DNA of 63,387 nt, counting the filler, from Rhabdomonas costata (taxonomy: Eukaryota), in assembly GCA_019059605.1 (NCBI GenBank). It is 32 parts of 32 records of this genome, joined end to end, with 100 filler letters (N's around TTAATTAATTAA, not from the genome) between each part and the next. Parts side by side here need not be neighbours in the genome. Positions count along the whole stretch, not along the records: positions 1 to 1,885 come from JAHMHO010007775.1; positions 1,986 to 3,870 come from JAHMHO010007776.1; positions 3,971 to 5,854 come from JAHMHO010007777.1; positions 5,955 to 7,839 come from JAHMHO010007778.1; positions 7,940 to 9,824 come from JAHMHO010007779.1; positions 9,925 to 11,809 come from JAHMHO010007780.1; positions 11,910 to 13,794 come from JAHMHO010007781.1; 25 more parts are not named here. The stretch is one strand, 5' to 3'. The notes below the pieces were generated by a model that did no database searches, had not been told where the DNA came from, and saw only the letters and a list, made by a program, of their open reading frames with translations. The position numbers and the translations under genes are program-made. Shown in pieces: positions 1 through 13,770 of this stretch. Positions within the stretch are counted from its first letter, which is position 1. The number at the start of each line of letters is the position of its first letter.

Positions 1-1885
1 GTTTTTGGGTTCATGGCTGGGATGTTGGAATTGGGCATCTGGGTGTTGGAGTTGGCCTTGCCTTGGGTGTTGGAATTGGTGTTTGGGTTCAGGTATTCGA
101 TCTTGAGGGGTTCGGTAGTCGGGGTTCAGGTCTTGCGTTTCTGTCTTCTGGCCTTCTGGTGTCGTTCTTTAACCTTGGGGTTCTTGTTGAGAACTTCTGG
201 ATATGGTGTTGGCCTTCGTGTTGGGTGTCGCGGTCTTGAGTTGGGGTTGGTGCTGGGTTTGGGTTGGGGTTGGTCTCCTTCGCTGTACTGTATTTTGGTT
301 TTCGTGAGTGGTCTTAGTATTGAGAAAAAACTCGATACCGGAAAAGTGAATCTGACATCGTCCTTGAGTTCCGATAAGGAATTAACAAAAGCAGCGTGAA
401 CAATGAAGTCGGTGCTCTTAAGAAGGTCATTACTGAGAGCACACATGCAAATGCCTTTTCATTGACTGCCCGGTAGAGGCGTCCCCCAGATAGAAGTGAA
501 GCGATCCCTCCGCGGCCCGTGGACACCACACGTCAAGAATTTCCACCCATGGCATTGCCAAAACCGCTCGCACAACTTCGGTGGCTCCATTCTGCACGAA
601 GCTCACCGTGCGCGGGGTGTTGGGAAGCACCCGAACCAGCAGTGCGGGAACAGCGGTTGAATCCGCTGCACTCAAAAAGGAGCCGTGCAGCACAATGTGA
701 GGAACGGACCCCTTGAGACTTTTCAAAACGGGTTCCACGGTTGTCTGTGCAAAACAATTGATGTTGAAGGGAGGGGAGGGAGGCAAAAAAAGTAGTAGTT
801 CGAAAAGATGAAGCACCCGCGGCGCGGGCCACCGCGGTGGGGTAAACAAACTTCTGATAGTTTAAACAACTGCACAGTCGTTGCCACCGGATTCAGTACA
901 AGGTCGCTCGTCGTCCACCAACCATTATGACGTCAAATGCTCCATTTTCGCTTTTATCCAACTACTATCCCCCGTTAATGCGAGACAGTATCGCTTCGGA
1001 CGCACGCCTGTATAAAAATGAAGCGAAAAGAGAGCGTCCACCTCCCACTTTTCAAGTTCTTGATCACGACGAGCAAACACTTGCTCCCAGTCTGGTCGAG
1101 AATGAAACTGATCAAACGGAGTTTGCAAAAGCACCGTGCTCGTTGTGGAGACGTTTGCCGAAAAAGACGCCTTAACGCCAAAAAGTGGGCTGTGCTGAAC
1201 CACAACAGGAGCAGAGATGCCGCAAACGAAAGGAATTCGCAGCGCCAATCTGGAGGCTCCATCAAAAGAGGAGCAGCGCAGAAAACCTCGAAGCATGACA
1301 ATAACTGGTAAATCACGCTGAAAAACAACAACATAACACTTATAACGTCATACAAAACGTATTTCATCGGCAAAACATCTTGCCTCGGTGCATTCCTGTG
1401 GGAACGCACCTGTCTCTGTTTGCGTTCGTTTGGGTGGCTGTGCTCTGTCTGTGCTCTCCAGTAAACGTTCCCCTAACAACGCTGGTGAATGCTTCTTCAC
1501 AAAAAGCCAGATCACCCGAAGCACGATTTTGAATGAACCCGTGTCAGTGACACCGACAATCGTCTGCAATGATATCACAGAAAGTTCTCACTATCACGTC
1601 CTCATCACTGCCCTCGTTAGTGTCCTCGAAGAAGGATTTTTTTGACCCAGCACGTTTTGCATCTAAAATTATCCCTTTATTTAATTACAGCTGCACTTCG
1701 CATCAGGTTCACATTTTTTTTTTGCGAGGCATTCGTTAGCATACAAAACAGGCGTATTGAAATGCTGGTAATGCTGCCGTGTCAAAAAAAAAGTGCGGGC
1801 AAAGGACTTGACCCAAACTGAAATTTGGCAAACAACACAAGTTGGGAATGCAGCAGGCCGGACAAGCTCAACCAAATTAATCAGG

Positions 1886-1985
1886 NNNNNNNNNNNNNNN
1901 NNNNNNNNNNNNNNNNNNNNNNNNNNNNNTTAATTAATTAANNNNNNNNNNNNNNNNNNNNNNNNNNNNNNNNNNNNNNNNNNNN
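1886..1985. other. Artificial contig linker N44-TTAATTAATTAA-N44 (first of 31 copies, one about every 1984 bp)
   Basis: Identical 100-bp spacer recurs throughout; TTAATTAATTAA gives stops in all six frames; intervening contigs are all about 1882-1890 bp. Confidence 0.99.
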
Positions 1986-3970
1986 TTGTTGGAGGAGAGA
2001 GAGCTTCGGTAGAATTGGTACCACCAGATTTTGCGGAGGAGATCCGCAATCCTGATGACGATGTCCATCGCGTGAAAGGGCCCGGCGTGAAATCGTGGCA
2101 ACAAAAAAGCAATCGGTTTTCTTGTGCCATCGGATTTTCCCACACAGTGAGTTTCTGTTTCTGGATCAGGATGCTTATTGCCCCAATAAAAAGAAAGCAA
2201 GGATTTGGTTAAGGTGTTCTGGCACGAGTGTTGCGTTCCTCCGCGGCCAAGCCCTGTCTGACCGCTGACGAGATTTGACTGGAACTTTAGTTGCCTGAGC
2301 TTCTGTCGTAATGGTCTGGTCTCGGCGTTGTCTCACCGTGGGCCTTTGTTCTGAAACGGGAGTGGCGCATTTTTCGCTGGAATATGCTCCGCTTGGATGC
2401 TATAGGGACTGCTGGCTGTACCCACTGAACCTTTGCGGCTATTTCTCTCAGGGCACGGCTGGGCCCTTCGGGCCAAGGGAAGAGTTCCTGTCCAAGATCA
2501 TGATCTCCTGTATGCCGCCCCCCCTCCTCCCCCGTGTTTGCAGCAGCAGCATGTAAGAAACAGCCGGGACGCTCAAGGCCCAAACCTGTCCACGACCTTG
2601 ATTGTCTGTTGTGTGAAGCACCTCCAGCACGCACAAAAAGCGGAGCGATGGGGCCACAGGACTCGAAGGAGAGCGGAGGGCGAGGAGACCAAAAAGTATA
2701 ACGACGCGGATTGCGGCCGATGGTTTCCGAGTTCCTCCCGAAGGCTCAAAGTCTTTCAATGAGCTGAAAAGGAAGCCTAGAAAGAGGGAACAGCTCTTGG
2801 ACTCAGGGCCATTTATGGGCGACGGTTTGAATGCCGGAAATAAGTTTCAGTTTCCACAGTTCTGCCAGCAGGGGAGAAGTGGAGAGAGAGAGCAGCGGAG
2901 CTGCCATTACTGTGGTGCTTCTGAATTCCTAACCGATCGTGGCCCTGACGAAAAACAAACCACGCCAAACAAATCCGGGAATGCGGGAAACATGATTTGC
3001 TGCGTCGTTTGGTCCCCTTGCATAAGGCAGAGCGGCGCGAATGGTCACATGACACGTTAGCTCAAGGCACCGATGAGTGCATACTGCATGGAAACGGCGT
3101 CGGTCAGCTTCCGCTGCTCCTTGCGCACCAGGCTCTCCAGTACACACAACGGAAAGTGCTCGATGTTCTCAGGGTATTGGGTGGACTTTTTTCAGCAACT
3201 TTCGGAGTGGCACGCTTGCAAAAAAGTCGCAATTGGCTGAATCAGTGCCTCGGAAAACTGCGGATGAGCCTGCAACATCTCCATCTGCTTGACGTATGAT
3301 CCCCACCAGCCACCCGGGAGTCAGCGCAACGGGCACTAGGGTGTTCAGTCGAGGGACCGCTCATACTACCACAATTTATCTAACAAACGTGTCCTCCTTC
3401 TGAAAACAAGCAAACAAAAAAGAGACAATGGAAATCGTTTATGGAAAACGTGTCTCGCAAGGATCGTTGCAAAACCTGTCCCTTTAAATAAATCTGTTGG
3501 CAACAGTTTCAATTGATACGGTAATTCCACATTCACTATTTACACCACTTTGGTGAGGGTTATTATTCCAACAAAACTGGTCACAGCTGCGGCGGCTTGG
3601 AGAAGGAAGCCTCTATTTGAGCCTCGGTTCCATACTGGTCTGGACAAACAGCGCCTTTTGTGTTAAAAACCGTTGTATCCTCCGCTTCCGCAGCTTTTAA
3701 ACAGCCTTGTAAACACATGGAAATAAGACAAATAATAGAAAAGCTGGACGGGAGAGGTCGAAACTGTTTGCACTACCAGGTGTGACGAATTGGGACGTCG
3801 GCTGGTAAAATGCACACAGCCTTAGAGTATTTAGTGGATATTTTAACCAGATGAAAGAAACAGCAACACCNNNNNNNNNNNNNNNNNNNNNNNNNNNNNN
3901 NNNNNNNNNNNNNNTTAATTAATTAANNNNNNNNNNNNNNNNNNNNNNNNNNNNNNNNNNNNNNNNNNNN

Positions 3971-4445
3971 GCAATTGGAAGGGCGTAAAAATTTGAGTAT
4001 TACATGATGACTGCATCCACTGTGCAAGGGAATGCGGGCTGTGATTTTGGCCAAGTTATCTTGCTGAATGATGTTGTATCTATACAGCACGTTGGCAAAA
4101 TTACGTTTTTCATGTATGTTTCTTTTTGCTTTTTCATGCCAGCTACCCCTGTGTTCTGATTATGCACCATCAAACCAAATTACTAAATTACTTAGTCCAT
4201 GGCGATAGTTGCACTTCGACTATTAACTGACCCGTGGCAACGCGGTGCGTGCATCAAGCCTTCCAAAATATTTGTGAAAAACGTAATTTTGCCAACGTGC
4301 TGTCTAGATACCACATCATTCAGCAAGATAATTTGGCCAAAATCAGTGGATTCCAAAGTCTACACAAGTTCGGAAACACAGCCCGCATTCCCTTGCACAG
4401 TGCAGTCATCATGTAATACTCAAATTTTTACGCCCTTCCAATTGC
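3971..4445. repeat. Long imperfect inverted repeat (foldback/MITE-like); arms about 3971-4112 and 4275-4445
   Basis: GCAATTGGAAGGGCGTAAAAATTTGAGTATTACATGATGACTGCA at 3971 is the reverse complement of the sequence ending at 4445; pairing continues to TTACGTTTTTCA with a few substitutions and two indels. Confidence 0.9.
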
Positions 4446-4791
4446 TATTTAGTGAAAAAGTGTTCGCGTACTGGGATTGCCATGAGAAAAGAAAACGGTT
4501 TGTTGCCCAGGGCCATATTAAACTGAAAAGCTCAAACAAAAACAAGCTACTTTGTTCGCCACAACAATGTGTAGAGCCCGCACACACGACACAGAGGGAA
4601 ATAGGGTGCGCGCAATAGAACCGACAGTCTCCGTGAAAACAAGCGACTTGGTTTCATTTGTTGAAGAAGGAAACCACTTCGCCGCCACCACTGCTGCCGT
4701 AGCCGTCAGCTCTTCGGAGCTTTGTTTTTTCCAATTATTACCCAGACATGAGGCCCTTCCACGTTCTGGCTGTGTTGGTTTTACCCATCAG

Positions 4792-5552
4792 CCTGCCGGA
4801 GAAGGAGAGCGTGAACCTGAGCCTGTGCCACTCTTTGCTGGAGTCCTACGGGAAGGCCCAGTGCCTCTCCGAGGTCACCGCGACGCTGCAGCGGATGCAC
4901 CGCCACCGGGTGTCCCCCACCCTCACCACGATGAACCTCGTCGTGCGCAGCTGCTGCCGCGCCGGAAACATTGAGCAGGCCGAAGCCATCGTGAGGGTGT
5001 GTGTGTGTGTGTGTCTCGGGTTGGCTGTTTTTTTCCGGGGAGAGGGGATGGGTTTTTGAGGGCCTGGATTTTGTTGTCAGTGATTGTTTTCGGTGAAATT
5101 TTTGCACAACCATCTCAGCGTGTCGTGTTTTCGCAGGTGCGATGTAACAGGAATAGGCCAGGAATAGGACAATCAGGACTGGGGACAGGAGTGGGTATTG
5201 GGAACGTCCAAACTGAAGCACTCGGTGTGACTTGCGGTCAGTCATTCCCCGCCTGCTAACGTCATCCGTCATTGGCCCATCCAGTGGTAACGGCATCGAA
5301 TGCTCTCCGCGACATGTTGCCTTGGGGCCTCTATCTTCAAGTTCGGTGTTGTTAGTGTTGTGTATTAGCTGTGCGCAAACCGCTTGTCACTCTCTCTTGT
5401 TCTCTTCCCGCGCTTTCCCCTTTCCCAAAAGGAGCTGCCGTCGTACGGCCTGCACCCCAACGCCTTCACGTTCACCGTGTTGATCCAGGCCTGCGGGCAG
5501 GCCCGCGACTTGACGCGGGTGGAGGGCCTGCTTCGCGATATGCACACGGCAG
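4792..5552 (+). CDS. Pentatricopeptide-repeat (PPR) protein, internal exons 4792-4996 and 5432-5552
   Basis: Spliced reading CHSLLESYGKAQCLSEVTATLQRMHRHRVSPTLTTMNLVVRSCCRAGNIEQAEAIVR|ELPSYGLHPNAFTFTVLIQACGQARDLTRVEGLLRDMHTAG gives three consecutive 35-aa PPR motifs; in-frame GT-AG intron. Confidence 0.9.
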
Positions 5553-5954
5553 GTCTCTTTCTTTGTGAGTGAGAGAGGGAATCGCCTGGCTTTGCTTCAG
5601 TCCTCCTTCTGTACAATTCCAGGCCCAGAAATGTCGGTCTCACGTTTAGCAGCGTAATTCCTGCGTTTGGGCCTCTTGTATATGGGAGTGGGGGGCAGAA
5701 AACCTGTAAGCGAACTGGGGTTACCCGTCATTACAATTCGTGGGGTTAAGTAAACATAAATGCATCTAGAGGTATTTACCTCACCCCCGTAATTTAAAAT
5801 AACATCCCCAAAAATGTAATCGGATTCGGACGTGTAGCACCGCCCCCCCCACAANNNNNNNNNNNNNNNNNNNNNNNNNNNNNNNNNNNNNNNNNNNNTT
5901 AATTAATTAANNNNNNNNNNNNNNNNNNNNNNNNNNNNNNNNNNNNNNNNNNNN

Positions 5955-7420
5955 GATGGGCGGCTCGCAGCCTCAGAGTAGGCCAAGCCCAAGATGTTGT
6001 TCGTGGGGGGAGAATCTTCGTCATCGGACGCGGGTGGAGACACTGGAGTGGGCTTGGCGGGGCTTGCAGCCACGGGAGGCTTTTGCACCGCGCTGACAGC
6101 GGGCGGTGCTGCGGAAGAGGTTTCTGACGTTTTGCCTAGCTGCAAGGGAACACCAGCAAAAGATCGTACTACTTTCTAAAAACAATTGGCTCTTTGTCTC
6201 GGTCTCAGGAAAAATAAGGGCAACGGGAACCTCGTCACTGGGCTTGCACTCCATCAGCCGGCGGATGGTAGGCTTCTGACTGACCACCTAAAGAACGAGG
6301 CAGGAATCACAACTTTGACTGGTGACGAAAGAAACCAGCCAAAACGATGGGAGGAACCTAAAAACCAATACAATAGACGATGCAGCCGGGTGCAGGGGGT
6401 CAATGAAATGGATAGTGAGCCAGTCTGCAGCAACTTCTCTTGCTGAACAGATTAAATGTGGAGATACAGCTCAGGAGTAACGCTGAGCAAAGCAAAGGGT
6501 GCGCAGCAAGGTGAACCTAAGGGAACCTGGGAATGATTAGGGCTGCGGCAGACCACAGGGCGTATGCTACGGTTGCGATCCATGCCAGAGTAACTGCGAG
6601 GGGAAAATGGGGGGGGGGTTACAGGCAAAGTACTTCGGCGTTAAAGAGGTCCTGCACGCAAGCAACACAGCCATTCGATACCTCCGAGAGATTTCCCGGA
6701 CTCGAGGGAGAGGGCTTTGTAGGGCAATTGCATTTGGGAGGTACACGTTCGGCAGCGTTAAGCGGTCGCGATCCCCCCTCATTAAACCGTTAGAAGATCA
6801 TCTCGGGAAGTGTCAAATTGATATAAACAGAAAATTCGAGTTCGGCCATTAACACCATGCTGAACAACGTAAATTAAATTACACGTTAATTAAACTAAAA
6901 ATCTAAACATCTCTTTTTGGGAATGTTATTTTCTGTGCACAGAACACTGAGGTTCGTTTAACATCGAGTGTCCCCACCCCACCCCGAACTTGTTTTGGTC
7001 CGATTAGGTTTAAAATTCGAAAGCTAAACACTGTGTTGCACGTTTGACGTTCAACGCTGCGGTCCTCCCAACAATACAATTGCCGAGGTTTGGTGGAGCA
7101 GCAAAAACCTGCTTTGGAGCAGTTGCCGACGGTGTCACCACATTGGGGCTCACCAACTCCGGAGGGGCAGGTGGGGGGCGGGCCTGCTGATTATTGAGAC
7201 GCTGCTTTTCCAGAGCCTGCTTGAGCTTCAACTCGCGTTCCTGTGTTTAGGGAGATTTCCAAGAACCCGCTCACAACGGCATCAAGGGCAAAAAGGAAGA
7301 AACCCCATCTACGCAAAAAAAATACCACTGCCTCAATAAGTTCCTGCTCCTCGCGAAGTCTCTCCTCATCGAGCTTCTTCTTCCGCTCCTTTTCCCGCTT
7401 TTCCTGACGTATGCGCTCTA
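5955..7420 (-). CDS. Multi-exon protein fragment with charged coiled coil and Pro/Ser-rich tail, function unknown
   Basis: Exons ERIRQEKREKERKKKLDEERLREEQELIEAV|ERELKLKQALEKQRL..., VVSQKPTIRRLMECKPSDE|LGKTSETSSAAPP... joined in frame by GT-AG introns. Confidence 0.6.
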
Positions 7421-8226
7421 AAGACGCCAGACAGAAAATGCGAAAAAAAAAAAGAATGATGTGCAGAGTCGATATAGAGACGACGATTGTAAATTCGCCG
7501 TCAATAATCAATGGGAAAAAAAAGGGGGGGGGGTAATGCAAGGAAGGTGCATCTTACAATAAAAGAATTGTCTAAAGAAGCAAATAGGCAAAATCTAGAC
7601 CCTTTCGCACACCAAATCACTCACACCAAATCCAAGATCCGTTGGGAAGCAAAGGGTGTGGTGCCCAGCATGATCAAAACCAGGGAACCCGCTGTAAAAT
7701 TCCGGTCGAGGGTTGTGGCAGTTTGTCGAGAAATGGAGCCAACGTTGGAGAAGCATCGGAGAATTGCATTGCAGCGAAAAAAAGGCAAGCTAGAGAGAAG
7801 AATAAAGTGATGCAAAGAGGTGCAAAGCTACACACAAACNNNNNNNNNNNNNNNNNNNNNNNNNNNNNNNNNNNNNNNNNNNNTTAATTAATTAANNNNN
7901 NNNNNNNNNNNNNNNNNNNNNNNNNNNNNNNNNNNNNNNGGTTGTTTTGTGCAATTTAATACGAGCCCAGACCACCACTATTTTCTGTGCAGATCTTTTT
8001 TGGGGGGATAAAGGACCCAAAAGAATAGAAAATTGCTGTTGAGCGTTCCCCTCGGTTCCTCGGTTGGAAGTATTAGGAACTGTCAGCGATGTAAAGCTGA
8101 TGGCCTGTCAGTGGCGTCACTGTTCAGCTCCTCTGAAGTTTTAAAATGAGACAACGTGCTGTCACTGGATGTCAATGTATTTTTTGCAACCCAGTTTTTT
8201 TAAATTGTTTGTTTTTCGGGGATCAG

Positions 8227-9430
8227 GTGGACCGTAGCCTGCGTGACCTGTGAGAGCGCGCAGAGCTTCGAGGCCTTCTCTGCGGTGGTGGTCCAGGTGG
8301 GCGCCACCCCAGTGCGGTTTGGGCTTCCCCAGAAGTCATGGGAGGAGCCAGAGCTCATCTTGATCCAGGCGAAGCTAAGCGCCCTGCTGGACTCCGAGCA
8401 GTTCACTCAGGTCGTCACTCACGGCCCGGACGGGGAGAACGGCAACAGCCAGCACAAGCAGGTCGGCTGCCAGTCTGCTCCCCTCCCACCCGTTCAATGT
8501 GTGTTATCTGCGGTCCCTTACAAACGAGCCCTTTTCAGTGCACCCTATTTTCAGCTTGAGTTATGCCCCAAATCACTGCTGTCCGTTATCATTCTCTTAA
8601 AGTCGAACAGAAACGGATAATCAAAAATCGAATGAGGTACTCGTAATCGCTTTGCTTGGTGCAGATCCGCGCCCACCGGCGCGTCATATCGATCATCATA
8701 TGCGCAGCAGCAGCAGCAGCAGCAGCATGTAAAATGCTCTTACTTTCTGGTTTCTGTCTGCCTGTGCCCAGTGTCGTGAGGGAACAGTCCTTTTTTGTTT
8801 GCCGGTGTGGTCCCCTCGGTTATGAACGGACAAGTGGTGCAATTGAGAGACAGGTTTATATTTTTTCAGATCGCCTTCACACTCACCACCCGTGAGAGGA
8901 AGAGAACCAACAGCAAAGCTTCAGGGTAACGAACGTGCTTTGCAGGAATGGAGGACCATTTTTGGGCTTTGAACAACGACAGCTGCAGAGTGGATAGGTG
9001 GCATCCCCGTTTTGTTGGTGTTCATTTTGCAGTTAAATAGAGTTAAATGGAGCGGACACAGATTTTATTTTTGAACTGAAACCCCCTTGGAGCTTGATTT
9101 TTTTTGAACGGGGTTAAGTGTGGAGTTGGATCGAGTTGAATAGTGCAAATGGAATTTCGGACACCACCATTCACTCCACTGCACATGGCGAAGTGAACAA
9201 CTAGGCACCGTTGGCCGTGGTGGTGGTGGTGGTGGGGTTCGCAGACCTTCAAAGTGGTCGCCTCGACTGCGGAGCTTCCCCCTCTGCTAGTTTTCGCCGC
9301 CACCCGTCGCACCGTGCCCAGCTCTGTGGTGCCCTTTTTGCTGCAGAGCCTGGGGCGATATAGCGGGCTGGCCCCACGCCCCCTGAATGGCCTGCGGTGC
9401 GCTATGCACCAGGCAGTGAGGCCGTGCGAG
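8227..9430 (+). CDS. PIG-L/LmbE-family deacetylase-like protein, exons 8227-8461 and 9245-9430
   Basis: WTVACVT...QVVTHGPDGENGNSQHKQ|TFKVV resembles the family motif vvTh.p.GeyGHpqH; AG/GT exon borders in frame. Confidence 0.55.
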
Positions 9431-12400
9431 GTTGGGGCGAATCCCAATCCCTCTTTCCCCCCTCTTCCTTCTCCCGAACACGACCACCACTTCTTGGGGT
9501 GGCGACGCACTGCGGTGTGCTTGCTCGTTGAAAGCAGCGCCAAATGGCAGAACATGGAAAGGGAGTCTCATCTTTTCTCTGTCCCATATCCAAAATCAAG
9601 GTAACAGCAGCAAACAGCCTTATTGAGGTACAAGTGGCACAGCGGAAGCAGCAAACTTTCTCCCTCAAGCACCCTTTCCAGGATAGGAGATTCCGTGAAA
9701 GGCGCTGTGGTTGTCCTTGGGGATTTGCCTCTTTGCCGCTTGGTTCACAGGATGCAGATGGTTTGTCAATTATCTGGGGAAAACATTACTTATATCACAG
9801 AGGGAAATAGTGGGAAAACGCAAANNNNNNNNNNNNNNNNNNNNNNNNNNNNNNNNNNNNNNNNNNNNTTAATTAATTAANNNNNNNNNNNNNNNNNNNN
9901 NNNNNNNNNNNNNNNNNNNNNNNNTGTTGTTTTTCGAACCATTCACTGAACTGTGACGGCGTCAATCCGTGCATTTAATGCTTCGAATAACAAGAATCAA
10001 AACCCTGAACCTGAAGCTGTGAACAGTCGCTCTTGTCACGTCTACTTTGCCTTTTTAGCTGAAAAAGCTCATTCTGAATCGGAAGCTCGCTCCCTGCTTT
10101 GCTGGCTGCGAGCAGCGAACTTCTGCTGATTGTGAAGAGTGTCCAATTTGCATGTTGGTATTTCTTTGGCCCCTATTTTTGCTTTTTTGTCTGTCTTTGT
10201 TTGTCGTTTGTCGTGGAAAACGTCTTCTTTCCTGTTTAGTTTTACCCGGGAGGCCTCAACCGATCTCGGTGCTGCAAGAAGCCAATTTGTACAGGTTTCG
10301 CAGCTGTTTTCTCCGTGGTGGAACATCGCTTGAAATGACATTTTTGGTGGCACATATCTCTTTAGCAGCCTTCATCCGAGATCACATCTGAAAACACAGC
10401 TCTGGTACACCGAAAGTTAGCCAAACTTGGTTGCGTAGCTCCAACCTGATTTGTAACCTCCTTCTATCTCGTCCCACACACACGTCTGCCGATGTGGCTG
10501 CCTTGGCTTTCGTTTTCGTTTTGGTTACAGAGTGCTTTCTGCAACTCAAACCGCTGGATAAACCTGCACAGATCCCGCATTTCTTGTGGTCATGTTCCAT
10601 TACACCTGTATCCTGACCAACGCCTGCTTCATTATCGGATCCAAGTCCTCCACATGCCCCTCTACCTAGAAACACGGTTCTTAAGACTCTTATCTCCACC
10701 AACTTGAATCTATCCTTACCCTGGAGCACCAACGCCACGAGTCACCGCGGAGCATGGAGCCGTGTCACCACGGCAGAGCCTCTGATGCCGCTGAGCGCAA
10801 ATCAGCGTGAAGCTAAACACGCAACTGTGAAAACCATGTGTTAATTATTCGGGTTCGGTTCGGTTTTGTTATATGCCTTGCGTTTTTTCTTTTGAGAAGT
10901 TGATAAAAACGATAGCGAGAATAAGAGGGAAGACACCAACAAGGCGAACGATGGTTGAACACAACGAAAGTTCATAACCAAAGCCGACCACCGAAACGTC
11001 GAAGGCAAACAATCCTATGTTGGAAGGGGGCTTTCCATGGCACAGCCGCTCCGAGTCGAACGGCGGATCTCCCCCTTAATTCGCATGTATCATAACCCCC
11101 GATCCGGTGATCCATGCTGGTGTGTCCTGGAAAGGAGGGAAAGGGAACGGGAAGCGGAAGGAAGGGAGAGCTGTGTATCTGTGAAGTAGAAAGATTACCT
11201 GCCTGTGCTCAGGAAACTTCTCTGCCCTGCTGCGTCCTTTGGACCTCTCTACCTTCTACTTCGTCGTTCCCCATAGCGCGGCGTACCCCTCCTCGGTACC
11301 ACTCTTCCCCGATTCCACCCATCACCCTTTTTCTGGGGGCATCTGAAAGTTTTTTTTGCGGGGAGGGGGGCGTCAAACTTTTAGCACTATTAATCGTTTT
11401 TGGCTCTTGCGGGTCGTTGCTGGGCTTTGGCTATACAGATAGGACAAGGTTTTGTTTTTGGTGCGGAGGCCAATCCGAGCGGGCGCTCCTGTCTTCGGAA
11501 AGGGGCGCTTAGGATTCCGATTGCAATGAAGGAGGTGGGAAGTGGTAATATGATTAGCATTACTATTGATAATGAGTAGCAATCATGCTGACCAGTATCC
11601 ATCAATATTACTTTTGGTACCATAACAAGTGCAACCAATCGGAAAGACTTTAACCTTCACCCCACTCTTCAGTCACCAACACCCATTCACGCAACAGCCA
11701 GCGCTTAACACCCTTTCACCTCAGCCCAGCCTTGTGTTTCAATCCGCTCAATCTCGCACTTTCTTGCTTTTAACTATGAACTGTGGAGAAATCGTCTCTC
11801 AAAAACAACNNNNNNNNNNNNNNNNNNNNNNNNNNNNNNNNNNNNNNNNNNNNTTAATTAATTAANNNNNNNNNNNNNNNNNNNNNNNNNNNNNNNNNNN
11901 NNNNNNNNNGTGGTTGTGTACAAGTGTCACAATTACATGGTGACGGTGAAGGGGCCCGATGGGCCAAGTTCAGAGCGAGATTCTTAAAGACCCAGACCTT
12001 TAAAACATTGCAGGGGGTTGCTTTGCTCTCGAGCAGTACAGTGAGATTCGGCTATTAATGATGCCTCTGGCAATGGGATTTTGTATCAGTGATTCTGGTC
12101 CCATTTACGCCTGTTATATTAATTCGGTCGTTCTTTGTGCGTGTACCGGGGTCCTTCAGGTTTCCATCTAGCACACGACTGTGACTTGGGCCGGGAGACG
12201 TAGCGTTCGAGCTGCAAGAACAACAAAACAGCTCTTGTGATTTATCCTCCTGTATCCGTGAGGATGAAGACTCAACATTTCATTGACTTTGCCTCATTGC
12301 TCTTTATTGGCTTGCAGTTGGTGTGCAGGAGCAACTATTTCTTTGTAAAATGTAAAAAAAACAACCTGAATGCCTCTAACCTACAACACACCCCATGGGT

Positions 12401-12440
12401 TAATCTGAAAGCCGGAATGTTAAACCCGCAATGCCGGGTT

Positions 12441-12508
12441 TGGGGACAAAACAGGACCCTTCCCCTAAAAGGAATGGGGACAAAACAGGACCCTTCCCCT
12501 AAAAGGAA
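12441..12508. repeat. Perfect 34-bp tandem duplication
   Basis: TGGGGACAAAACAGGACCCTTCCCCTAAAAGGAA x2. Confidence 0.9.
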
Positions 12509-13617
12509 GAAGTGCTCTACATTTAGAAATTCTAACAGAAGAACGGCAGGGGGTTAGCGCTTTGCACGTTTATGTCCAGATTTGTCCTTTTGGGGGGTTC
12601 ACCTGGTGCATTCAGGATCTGGAAAGCATTCATTACAAGTGGCTGACATGTGCTCGCTCGGGGGCCGAACCCCCCCATATATGCATGTGGGAGCACATGT
12701 GTGGCTCCTTCATCCCATGTGAGACCTTCTAAAGAACACGTGTATCGTTCCCTAACAGGCGTGGTTTTCTGTTGTGTCCTCCTCATAGGTGGACCAGACG
12801 TGCACACTGTTGGGTCCGTAAATGGGGGAGGGGGGGTCCCCAAAATGCACTTGATATGGTTCACCCTTCATTAATGCTCCTCAGGAGGGGGCCATGCAAT
12901 CCATTACTGTCTTTTGGCGTGTATAGATGGTGATGCACGCTTCGACGATGATGACACAGTGTTTGTAATGCGTCTCCGAAGACCCCGTGTTTGAGAGAAT
13001 TTTCTCTTTTGGGATCTTACTCTCCCCTTCGACCATCTGATGAAAACATCCGTGCCTCTTTGGAGATGCTGTCTTGTAACTTCTGTGTACTCCATTTATG
13101 TGCTGTGTGGGCGTCCCTGAACTGCCGTTTCCCCAAGCTGCCGTGAAGAAGGACAACGAGAAGAGAAGAGTGTGCATATATCTACGCTAAATTTTTTTAT
13201 CTAACAATACGAAACCGAAAGTACAAAAGTTCTTGCGGTAGCAGGAGTCAGCACAAACAAAAAACAGGAAGAAGAAAGGCAAGGAAAACCAGTGTGGATG
13301 CGAATGTAGCAAAGCAGAGGGCTGGATGCACACGGGATGCACACGGCAGCAACAGCGGCGCAAAAGCACAAGCGTAAAGTTGGGTGGGGAATACAATGAG
13401 CAAATCTACGCTAAAATGCAATACTACGCCCGTCGGGTCCTTTCACCACGCGAGCGGAGCCCTTCGCTAAAAAAAGCATGATCAGCTGCCGATATCTATG
13501 GATATTCTATGGATATGTGTTCGCATGTGCCCAAGAGCTCAGCATGCCAACGACTACTCACAATATGCCAACCCCCTCCCCCCTGCAAGACAAAGCATGC
13601 AAAAGACGCCACAAAAC

Positions 13618-13770
13618 CTCGCCGCGCTGCTTCAGCAGGGCCACACGCCCGACCCCGCCCAGCCGGCGGGAGGTCAATGCCACCGCGAGGTTCTCACGGG
13701 GTCTCAGGAAGCCCAGCAGTACGGCCCACACCTCGTCGGGCAGGCCCAGGGCAGAGCCATGGGGCCACCC
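13618..13770 (-). CDS. F-box motif exon (partial; start runs off contig)
   Basis: LGLPDEVWAVLLGFLRPRENLAVALTSRRL matches the F-box consensus LP.E....I..yL...dl..v..vsrr; GC-rich coding-like bias; ends at a GT donor. Confidence 0.7.

Noticed and set aside
1-300. G/T-rich quasi-repeat at the window start (possible telomere)
   Set aside because: No fixed repeat unit; low-complexity sequence
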